Shown here piece after piece: positions 28,994-36,619 of a stretch of DNA of 64,000 nucleotides. The stretch is taken from contig CAZDOO010000023.1 in NCBI GenBank assembly GCA_964507045.1, positions 703 through 64,702 of the forward strand. The letters are read 5' to 3'. Made by a program: the position numbers and the translations under genes. The DNA comes from an uncultured Verrucomicrobiota bacterium. Lineage in GTDB: Bacteria > Verrucomicrobiota > Verrucomicrobiia > Limisphaerales > UBA8199. The notes under the pieces were generated by a model. It worked only from the letters and a program-made list of their open reading frames with translations, was not told where the DNA came from and searched no databases. Every line of letters starts with the position of its first letter. Positions within the stretch are counted from its first letter, which is position 1.

Positions 28994-30374
28994 GAAGCCG
29001 GACAGGGTCCCGCTCCGGCCTTTCGTGGCCGAGTTCACCGCCAAGTACGCCGGCTACACCTGCCAGGAAGTCGCCCACGATTATAGCAAGGCCTTCGAGG
29101 CTGCCATCAAGACCGCCAGGGACTTCGACTGGGATGCCGTGGTGCCGAGCATGGTCTATGTCTGGACCGGCCTGGCGCAAGCGGTGGGGCTGCGCTATTA
29201 TGGCATCCCCGGCATTGGTATTCCTGCCACCACGGGTTTCAACTACATCGAGCCTGCCGAAGGAGAGGCCTTCATGCGCGCCGATGAATACGACGCGCTC
29301 ATAGACGACCCCACGGCCTTCCTTTACAACGTCTGGCTTCCGCGCGCCTCGACCGAGGTCAGCCAGATCGGCCAGCCCACGACCTACCGGAACAACCTTT
29401 CCTTTGCGAAGGGCGCCATGGCGATGCTTTCCTATTTCTACGCCTTCGGGCCTCAGATTGCCCGGCTGCGTTCTGAGTGCGGCACGGCTTCCGCCATCGC
29501 GGGCATTTTCAAGGCGCCCTTCGACATCCTCGCGGACAAGCTGCGCGGCTATGTCGGCCTCACGATGGACATGCACACCCAGCCGCAGAAGGTCCTCCAG
29601 GCCTGCGAAGCGCTCATGCCCCATTTGTGCGCGGTGGGGTTGGGTACCGCCGACCCGGGCAAGCAGGTGCCCATCGGTTTCTGGATGCACCGCGGCTGCG
29701 TGCCTTTCATCAACCCGAAGACCTTCGCTTCCCACAATTGGCCCACACTCAAGCCTATCATCGAGGAGTTTTGGAAGCAGGGCCACCAGACCCTCTTCTA
29801 TGCCGAAGGCAAATGGCACCACCATTTCGACGCCTTCCGCGACCTGCCCGACCGCAGCATCGTGTTCCACTGCGACCAGGATGATATCTTCCTCGCTCAC
29901 CGCAAGCTCCATGACAAGTTCGCCCTCAGTGGCGGCATCCCCAATGTGCTGCTCAGCTACGGCAAGCCGGACGAGGTGTGCGCTTTCTGCCGGCGTGTCA
30001 TTGACGAAGTCGCCCGCGACGGCGGCTATATCATGGACGCGGGCGCCATCATGCAGGACGATACGAGTATCGAGAACCTCCGCGTGTTGACCGATACGAC
30101 GCGGCAGCATGGCGTTTATTCCGCCGGCTCTTACAAGACGCCTGCCCCCACGCCGCCGTGTGATCTGCCGTCAGCGGTCGCGGATCGTCAGAAAGTCAAC
30201 GGTATGAAAGGCCGTCCCCAGCTGCGCGTGCGGCCGGGCGTCTGCTTCCCGTGGGAGGACCGCGTCAAGGACCTGCCCGAGATCACCGGCAGCCCCGAGC
30301 TCGTTCGTAAGATCTGGGAAGACATTGACGCCTTCGGGAACATGTATATCTGGCAGCTCCTGCTGAGCTTCTAG
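28932..30374 (+). CDS. Uroporphyrinogen-decarboxylase (URO-D)-like family protein
   Basis: 480 aa with ATG start. N-terminal EKPDRVPLRPF and overall TIM-barrel-like pattern resemble the URO-D/MtaA-like superfamily. Assignment is by eye only. Confidence 0.6.
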   Translation: MNTEQLYQQRFNRYITALRNEKPDRVPLRPFVAEFTAKYAGYTCQEVAHDYSKAFEAAIKTARDFDWDAVVPSMVYVWTGLAQAVGLRYYGIPGIGIPATTGFNYIEPAEGEAFMRADEYDALIDDPTAFLYNVWLPRASTEVSQIGQPTTYRNNLSFAKGAMAMLSYFYAFGPQIARLRSECGTASAIAGIFKAPFDILADKLRGYVGLTMDMHTQPQKVLQACEALMPHLCAVGLGTADPGKQVPIGFWMHRGCVPFINPKTFASHNWPTLKPIIEEFWKQGHQTLFYAEGKWHHHFDAFRDLPDRSIVFHCDQDDIFLAHRKLHDKFALSGGIPNVLLSYGKPDEVCAFCRRVIDEVARDGGYIMDAGAIMQDDTSIENLRVLTDTTRQHGVYSAGSYKTPAPTPPCDLPSAVADRQKVNGMKGRPQLRVRPGVCFPWEDRVKDLPEITGSPELVRKIWEDIDAFGNMYIWQLLLSF

Positions 30375-30554
30375 CTGAGAAGAAGCCGTCAACGCATGGC
30401 CTGGTAACGTCAACCTCCTGGCCCTCCAACATTCGGCTCATCAAGAACTACCGCATACGTTTGTAGGGCAACTGAAGAAGCTTTCCGTTACCTGTTTCAG
30501 TAATTGCTTAAGAACGATGGGAACAATGATAGGCAATCATAGCTCCCCATTTTT

Positions 30555-30875
30555 ATGACACCAATATTCGCCACAGTTCTCGGGTTTTGGGATTTTGCCA
30601 TCATTGCTTGGCTGATGGTTGTCTTTACTGGATCAGCAGCCGTTGCCGCAAGGAGGTCGGCCTACTCACAGCGCATCGAGCGCAAGCTGGATGCTTTGCT
30701 CAAGCATCAGGGCGTTGCCTTGCCACCGCAGGCGAAGCTGTCCGAGGAGGTTCAGCGTTTGGCCCGCGACCCAGCCAAGAGAAGCAATGCCGTGATGTTG
30801 CACCGGACGGAGACTGGACTTGGTTTGGCCGAGGCGAAGGCTGACGTTGAGGATTTCATCAAAACCATTGCCTAA
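30555..30875 (+). CDS. Small membrane-anchored protein with ribosomal L7/L12 C-terminal-domain-like tail
   Basis: N-terminal TM segment is FAIIAWLMVVFTGSAAVAA. C-terminal AVMLHRTETGLGLAEAKADVEDFI resembles the AIKxxRExTGLGLKEAKDxVE motif. It lies in a locally lower-GC stretch. Confidence 0.55.
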   Translation: MTPIFATVLGFWDFAIIAWLMVVFTGSAAVAARRSAYSQRIERKLDALLKHQGVALPPQAKLSEEVQRLARDPAKRSNAVMLHRTETGLGLAEAKADVEDFIKTIA

Positions 30876-31024
30876 GCTATCCGGCCGCCAGCGCGCAAGT
30901 CCGCAGGGCGTTTGGTTTCAGACGCGCTGGGCGCAGGTCCTGACCTCCGGCCGACGCGTTAGACACTGGATTCCCCGCTCCCGATGCTGGATACTGCAGA
31001 CCGGCCCATTTGTGTGGGCCAGGC

Positions 31025-32284
31025 ATGTATCATATCACTCGACTCCCGAACGGTCTGACAGTCGCCACGGCGGAGATGCCGCAGATGACGAGCGTAAGCG
31101 TCGGCGTGTGGGTGGGCGTGGGCTCGCGCTACGAGCCGGCGCCGCTCAACGGCGTGTGCCATTTCATCGAGCATCTCCTCTTCAAAGGCACCACGAAGCG
31201 CTCTGCCCGGGAGATTTCGCAGGCGGTCGAGGGCATCGGCGGCTACTTGAATGCGTTCACGAGCGAAGAGGCCACCTGTTTTCATGCCCGCGCCGGCCAT
31301 GAGCGCTTTGACGAGTTGCTGGAGGTGCTGCTGGACATGCTGCTGGGCTCGAAGTTCGACCCGGCGGAAATCGGCAAGGAGCGCGAGGTCATCAAAGAGG
31401 AGATCGCCATGTACCTGGACGAACCGCAGCATCAGGTGCAAGAGTTGCTAAACGCCACGCTCTGGCCCGGCCAGCCCTTGGGCCGCTCCATCACCGGCAC
31501 CGATAGAACTCTGGATGCGATGGGCCGCGCTGAGTTGCGTGGTTATCTGCGGGGCAATTACGTGGCGGTGAACACTTTGATTGTGGCTGCCGGCAGGCTG
31601 AGCCACTCGCGGGTGGTGCGGGCCGTCGAGCGGTTTGCCGGGCGATTCTGGACTGCGGCCAGGCCACGTTACAGCCTGGTGTGCGACAGCCAGCGCGAAC
31701 CCCGCACCTGCCTCGTTACGAAGCAGACCGAGCAAACCCAGATGGCCCTGGGCATTCGCACCTGTTCGCGCCACGACGAACGCCGCTACGCGCTGCGCTT
31801 GCTCAACGTCATCCTGGGCGAGAACACCAGCTCGCGCCTGTTCCAGCACATACGGGAGGACCTCGGCCTGGCCTACTCGATTTACAGCACACCCAGCTTC
31901 TTCGGCGACACGGGCGACCTGGTCATCTCCGCCGGCCTGGACGCGGACAATCTGACCCAAGCCGTGCGGATTATCCTGCGCGAGCTGCGGCGCCTGCGGG
32001 AGGCGGCTCCGGGTCCGGCTGAACTGCGCCGCGCCCGGGATTACGTTATCGGCCAGATGGATCTGGGCATGGAAAGCACCGAAAACCAGATGAATTGGCT
32101 GGGCGAGCAACTGCTGGGCTACGGGCGGATCATTGCGCCGGCGTCCATCAGGCGGCGTCTGCGCAAGGTTACAGCGGGTGAGATTCGAGCCGCCGCGCGC
32201 GACTTCTTCCGGCCCGAACGCCTGAACCTGGCGCTGGTCAGCCCGCTCCGTACCGCGAGCGGGCTGGTTAAGCTGCTGAGCTAA
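31025..32284 (+). CDS. M16-family (pitrilysin/insulinase-like) zinc peptidase
   Basis: ATG 31025 (MYHITRLPNGL). Inverted zinc motif HFIEHLLFKGT (HxxEH). Confidence 0.9.
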   Translation: MYHITRLPNGLTVATAEMPQMTSVSVGVWVGVGSRYEPAPLNGVCHFIEHLLFKGTTKRSAREISQAVEGIGGYLNAFTSEEATCFHARAGHERFDELLEVLLDMLLGSKFDPAEIGKEREVIKEEIAMYLDEPQHQVQELLNATLWPGQPLGRSITGTDRTLDAMGRAELRGYLRGNYVAVNTLIVAAGRLSHSRVVRAVERFAGRFWTAARPRYSLVCDSQREPRTCLVTKQTEQTQMALGIRTCSRHDERRYALRLLNVILGENTSSRLFQHIREDLGLAYSIYSTPSFFGDTGDLVISAGLDADNLTQAVRIILRELRRLREAAPGPAELRRARDYVIGQMDLGMESTENQMNWLGEQLLGYGRIIAPASIRRRLRKVTAGEIRAAARDFFRPERLNLALVSPLRTASGLVKLLS

Positions 32285-32319
32285 GCTTGTGCCGCCGCTA
32301 AAAAACCACAAAATACCGC

Positions 32320-32348
32320 TTGATTTAGCAGGCGGCGCTTTCTATATT
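32320..32348 (+). promoter_or_regulatory. Sigma70-like promoter candidate for rpmI-rplT-pheST
   Basis: TTGATT (32320-32325), 17-nt spacer, TATATT (32343-32348), 33 nt upstream of the rpmI ATG. Confidence 0.5.
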
Positions 32349-32380
32349 GCGCGCTCTTTTTGAAAGAAAGTTAACGATTT

Positions 32381-32590
32381 ATGCGACGTCCAAAAGGCAA
32401 CCGAACCAATAAGTCCGCGGCCAAACGCTTTAAGATAACGGCCAGCGGGAAAGTGCTTCGCACCAGCGCCGGCCGGCGGCATTTGTGCCAAAGCAAGACT
32501 CCCAAGCGCCGTCGCGGTCTGCGTGGCCCCGCCGTTGTGGATCCCACCGACACGTATCGCATCACGCAGAGCCTGCCGTTCAGCCACTAG
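32381..32590 (+). CDS. rpmI: 50S ribosomal protein L35
   Basis: 69 aa, with KSAAKRFKITASGKV. Confidence 0.95.
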   Translation: MRRPKGNRTNKSAAKRFKITASGKVLRTSAGRRHLCQSKTPKRRRGLRGPAVVDPTDTYRITQSLPFSH

Positions 32591-32629
32591 GCGGCCATCA
32601 ACTTTTAACCATTAGCCATCAAGTAACTC

Positions 32630-33001
32630 ATGCGTGTAACCAACGCCCCCGCTTCTCGCAAACGCCGCACCCGGATGATCCGCGCCGCCAAAGGCTTCCG
32701 GATGCGCCGTTCCAAACTCTACCGCTATGCTTCCGACGCCGTTGACCACAGCCGCGTCTATGCCTATCGCGATCGCAAGACCAAAAAGCGCAACTATCGC
32801 GCGCTCTGGCAAGTTCGCATCAATGCCGCCGCCCGCGCGGCCGGCACGACTTACAGCCGCTTCATGGAAGGCTTGAAAGCCGCCAAGGTCGCGCTGGACC
32901 GCAAGATTCTGGCGGACCTCGCGGCGACGGATGCGGCGGCGTTTACGGAGCTGGTCAAAGTCGCCCAGAACGCGCTGAAGGCCAAAGCCGCGAAGGCTTG
33001 A
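32630..33001 (+). CDS. rplT: 50S ribosomal protein L20
   Basis: 123 aa, with RKRRTRMIRAAKGFRMRRSKLYR and WQVRINAAAR. Confidence 0.95.
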   Translation: MRVTNAPASRKRRTRMIRAAKGFRMRRSKLYRYASDAVDHSRVYAYRDRKTKKRNYRALWQVRINAAARAAGTTYSRFMEGLKAAKVALDRKILADLAATDAAAFTELVKVAQNALKAKAAKA

Positions 33002-33038
33002 CATTTTCCATTGGCGATTTGCAGTTGCCAATTGGTGC

Positions 33039-33073
33039 ACGGGCGGCCCGCGACGGCTCGCCCGTTTTTCTTT
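33039..33073 (+). terminator. Intrinsic terminator/attenuator-like hairpin between rplT and pheS
   Basis: ACGGGCGGCC (33039-33048) pairs with GGCTCGCCCGT (33055-33065) with one bulge. It is followed by TTTTTCTTTGTG. Confidence 0.55.
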
Positions 33074-33112
33074 GTGTGCTTTGGCAGTGCGGATGGCTAA
33101 TCTAAGAACGCT

Positions 33113-34132
33113 ATGGCTGGATTCCTGGACCAAATCGAACCTTTGAAACTGGCGGCGCTTGCCGAGCTGCGCGCCGCGCCCGACCTGACGGCGCTCGAAC
33201 AGGCGCGCGTCAACCATCTCGGCTCGAATGGGCACTTTACCGCGCTGCTGAAACAGCTCGGGAAGTTGTCCAAGGAGGAAAAGCCCGCCGCCGGCAAGGC
33301 CATCAACAGCGCCAAGGTCGAGCTCGAAACCGCGCTCGCCCAGCACCGCGCTGAGTTGGAGCTGAAAGCCGCACTGCCCCAGGAGCCGACGGATTTCACC
33401 CTGCCGGGACGCCGCCGCGTGGTCGGCAGACTCCACCCGCTGACGCAAGTCACGGAAGACATCGTCCGCAGCTTTCGGAAGATCGGATTTGTCGTGGCCG
33501 ATGGGCCGGAGGTCGAGGACGAGTACCATTGCTTCGACGCGCTGAATACGCCGGCGGACCACCCCGCGCGGGATACCCAGGACACGTTCTATCTCGCGGC
33601 GGAAGCGGACGGAACGCCTGCCCCGCTGTTGCGCACCCATACGTCTTCGGTGCAAATCCGGGTGATGGAGAAGCAACAGCCGCCGGTGCGCATCATTGTG
33701 CCGGGACGGGTTTATCGGCGCGATAATGCGGACGCCACACACAATCCCACCTTCCACCAGGTGGAGGGACTCTACGTGGACCGCAATGTCACGGTAGCTG
33801 ACCTGAAGGGCACGGTTGAGTTTGTCTTCAAGGAACTCATGGGGGAGGAGACCCGCATCCGCTTCCGGCCCCACTACTTCAGCTACACCGAGCCAAGCTT
33901 CGAGATAGATTTCAGCAGCGCCCTGACGCGCAAGATGGGCAAGGAATGGCTGGAAATTGCCGGCTGCGGCATGGTCCACCCGCAGGTGCTGGAGAACGTC
34001 GGCTACGATTCCGAAGTCTGGACCGGCTGGGCGTTCGGCTTCGGCATCGAGCGCATTGCCATGATCCGCTACGGCATCAATGACATCCGCCTGTTCTACG
34101 AGAACGACGTGCGGTTTCTGAAACAGTTTTAA
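33113..34132 (+). CDS. pheS: Phenylalanine--tRNA ligase alpha subunit
   Basis: 339 aa. Class II motifs are FHQVEGL and GFGIERIAMIRYGI. Confidence 0.95.
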   Translation: MAGFLDQIEPLKLAALAELRAAPDLTALEQARVNHLGSNGHFTALLKQLGKLSKEEKPAAGKAINSAKVELETALAQHRAELELKAALPQEPTDFTLPGRRRVVGRLHPLTQVTEDIVRSFRKIGFVVADGPEVEDEYHCFDALNTPADHPARDTQDTFYLAAEADGTPAPLLRTHTSSVQIRVMEKQQPPVRIIVPGRVYRRDNADATHNPTFHQVEGLYVDRNVTVADLKGTVEFVFKELMGEETRIRFRPHYFSYTEPSFEIDFSSALTRKMGKEWLEIAGCGMVHPQVLENVGYDSEVWTGWAFGFGIERIAMIRYGINDIRLFYENDVRFLKQF

Positions 34133-34168
34133 CCGGCGGCGAGCGTTCCCGCGAGCCCCGAATCAAAG

Positions 34169-36604
34169 ATGAAAGTCACGCTTAACTGGCTTAAACAATA
34201 CGTCGAGTTCGACTGGTCTTCGGCAGAACTCGCCGAGCGGCTGACCATGCTCGGCATTGAGGTCGAGAGCATTCGGAAGCTCGGCGGCGAACTCGACGGC
34301 GTCGTCGTTGCGCAGGTCATTACAAGGGACAAGCATCCCAATGCCGACAAGCTCAGCGTCTGCCGCGTCCACGATGGCAAAGGCGAGCGCCAGATCGTCT
34401 GCGGGGCGCAGAACTTCAAAGCCGGTGACAAGGTGCCCCTGATCCTGCCCGGCGCGAGCTTGCCCGCCAAACCCGGCGAGGCGCCTTTCACGATCAAAGT
34501 CGGCAAGATTCGCGGTGTCGAATCGCACGGCATGATGTGCTCGCCGCAGGAACTTGGCCTGGGCGACACGGTCCAGGGACTGCTCATCCTGCGCGAGGAT
34601 GCCCAGGTGGGGCAGCCCTTTGCCCAATACCTTGGCCAGACCGGCAGCGATGTCGTCTACGACCTGGAGATCACGCCCAACCGGCCTGACCTCAACAGCG
34701 TCATCGGTATCGCGCGCGAGATCAGCGCTTTGACCGGCAACCCTCTGAAGCTGCCCGCGGTGAAGCCGGGTGCGACAGGCGGTCGGGTGGAGGAGTCGGT
34801 GGCGGTGCGGATCGAAGATGCCGAACTGTGCCCGCGCTATACGGCCCGCATGATCCGCGGCGTCAAGATTGCCCCCAGCCCCGATTGGCTCAAGAGCGCG
34901 CTGGAAAAGGTGGGCGTCCGCAGCATCAGCAACGTGGTGGACGTGACCAACTATGTGATGCTGGAAACGGGCCAGCCGTTGCACGCGTTTGATTACCACC
35001 TGTTGGCGAAGGCGGGCGGAGACTCCTGCCCCACTATCGTCGTCCGCCGCGCCGCCGAGGGCGAGAAGTTCATGACCTTGGACGGCCAGGAGCGCAATCT
35101 GACCAACCAGATGCTGCTGATCGCCGACAAGACCAAGGCTGTGGCCCTGGCGGGCGTCATGGGCGGCCAGAACAGCGAGATCAACCTTAACACGGTGGAC
35201 GTGCTTATCGAAAGCGCCTGCTTTAAGCCGCAGAATATCCGCGCCACCTCCAAGAAGCTCGAACTGCGCACTGAATCATCCTACCGTTACGAACGGGGCG
35301 CGGACATCGAGATTTGCGACCGGGCCAGCCAGCGGGCGGCACAGTTGATTCTGGAAACGGCGGGCGGCGCTCTCGCCCAGGGCGTTGTGGATGCCTATCC
35401 CAAGCCGTTTGCGCCGAAGCAAATTACCTTGCGCCACGCCCAAACCGACGCCGTGCTCGGCATCGCGGTTCCTGTGGAGCAGCAAATCGAGTCCTTGCAG
35501 CGGCTGGGGCTGGAAGTCGAAGCGGCGTCCGGCGCCGTGCCGACGGCAACGGTGTTCCGCGTGCCTTCCTTCCGGGTGGACCTGAAGCGCGAGATTGATC
35601 TCATTGAAGAGGTCGCCCGGCTCTACGGGGTGGACAAGATTCCCGCTACGCCTCCGCGCGGGGCCGTCGGTGCCAACCCTTACGATGCGGTGCACGACCA
35701 ACTCGCCGACGCCCGCTGCCTGCTAACCGGCCTGGGCCTGTTCGAGGCGCAAGGGCAGACACTGATTTCGGACGCTGCGGCCAAGCTAATGGCCGGCGGA
35801 GCCCCAATCCCGCTGTCCAACCCCCTGAGCAGCGACATGAACGTGCTGCGCCCGAGCCTGCTGCCCGGACTGCTTGACGCCCTGCGCCACAACGTCAACC
35901 ACAAGACCTGCGACATCGCCTTATTCGAGGTCGGCCGGGTCTTCATCGGGATCGACGGCCAGCGCCGCGAAGAGCGCCGCGTAGCCATCGCCCTGACCGG
36001 CCAGCGCAACCCGCTCTTCTGGAGTGGGGGCGAGCGCGAGGCGAAGTTCGACCTCTACGATCTTAAGGGTCTGCTGGAGGAATTCCTTGAGCAGTTTGGT
36101 GTGCGCGGGATGAACTACGCACGCCGCGCTGAGCCCACCACGCTCTTCCTGGAATCCGCCGCCATTCAGCTTGGCCGATTCCAGCTTGGCGAGTTCGGTC
36201 AACTGCTGCCGCCCCTGGCCCGGCAATACGACTTGCGCGATGCCGTGCTGCTGGCCGAGCTGAATCTCGACCTGCTGCTGGCGCGCCGCAACCCGGCTAA
36301 GTCATTCCGGCCGCTGCCCGCCTTCCCGGCCATCCGCCGCGACGTGGCGATGATCCTGCCTGAGGCGGCTACCCACGAAGCGATCCTGCAGGTTGTCAAG
36401 CAGGCCAAACCGGCGAACCTGGAGATAGTGGAGCTGTTCGACGTGTTCCGCGGCAAGAATGTCCCCGCCGGCCAGAAGAGCATGGCCTACGCCTTCACCT
36501 ACCGCCACGCCGAGCGGACGCTCACCGACGTCGAAGTCAACGCCGCGCACGAAAAGCTGGTAGTCGAACTTAAGCAGAAGCTGCAGGCCACCGTGCGGGA
36601 GTAA
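34169..36604 (+). CDS. pheT: Phenylalanine--tRNA ligase beta subunit
   Basis: 811 aa. N-terminal tRNA-binding domain is VVAQVITRDKHPNADKLSVCRV. B3/4, B5 and FDX-ACB-like layout. Confidence 0.95.
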   Translation: MKVTLNWLKQYVEFDWSSAELAERLTMLGIEVESIRKLGGELDGVVVAQVITRDKHPNADKLSVCRVHDGKGERQIVCGAQNFKAGDKVPLILPGASLPAKPGEAPFTIKVGKIRGVESHGMMCSPQELGLGDTVQGLLILREDAQVGQPFAQYLGQTGSDVVYDLEITPNRPDLNSVIGIAREISALTGNPLKLPAVKPGATGGRVEESVAVRIEDAELCPRYTARMIRGVKIAPSPDWLKSALEKVGVRSISNVVDVTNYVMLETGQPLHAFDYHLLAKAGGDSCPTIVVRRAAEGEKFMTLDGQERNLTNQMLLIADKTKAVALAGVMGGQNSEINLNTVDVLIESACFKPQNIRATSKKLELRTESSYRYERGADIEICDRASQRAAQLILETAGGALAQGVVDAYPKPFAPKQITLRHAQTDAVLGIAVPVEQQIESLQRLGLEVEAASGAVPTATVFRVPSFRVDLKREIDLIEEVARLYGVDKIPATPPRGAVGANPYDAVHDQLADARCLLTGLGLFEAQGQTLISDAAAKLMAGGAPIPLSNPLSSDMNVLRPSLLPGLLDALRHNVNHKTCDIALFEVGRVFIGIDGQRREERRVAIALTGQRNPLFWSGGEREAKFDLYDLKGLLEEFLEQFGVRGMNYARRAEPTTLFLESAAIQLGRFQLGEFGQLLPPLARQYDLRDAVLLAELNLDLLLARRNPAKSFRPLPAFPAIRRDVAMILPEAATHEAILQVVKQAKPANLEIVELFDVFRGKNVPAGQKSMAYAFTYRHAERTLTDVEVNAAHEKLVVELKQKLQATVRE

Positions 36605-36619
36605 TCTCCCGGCGGCAGC

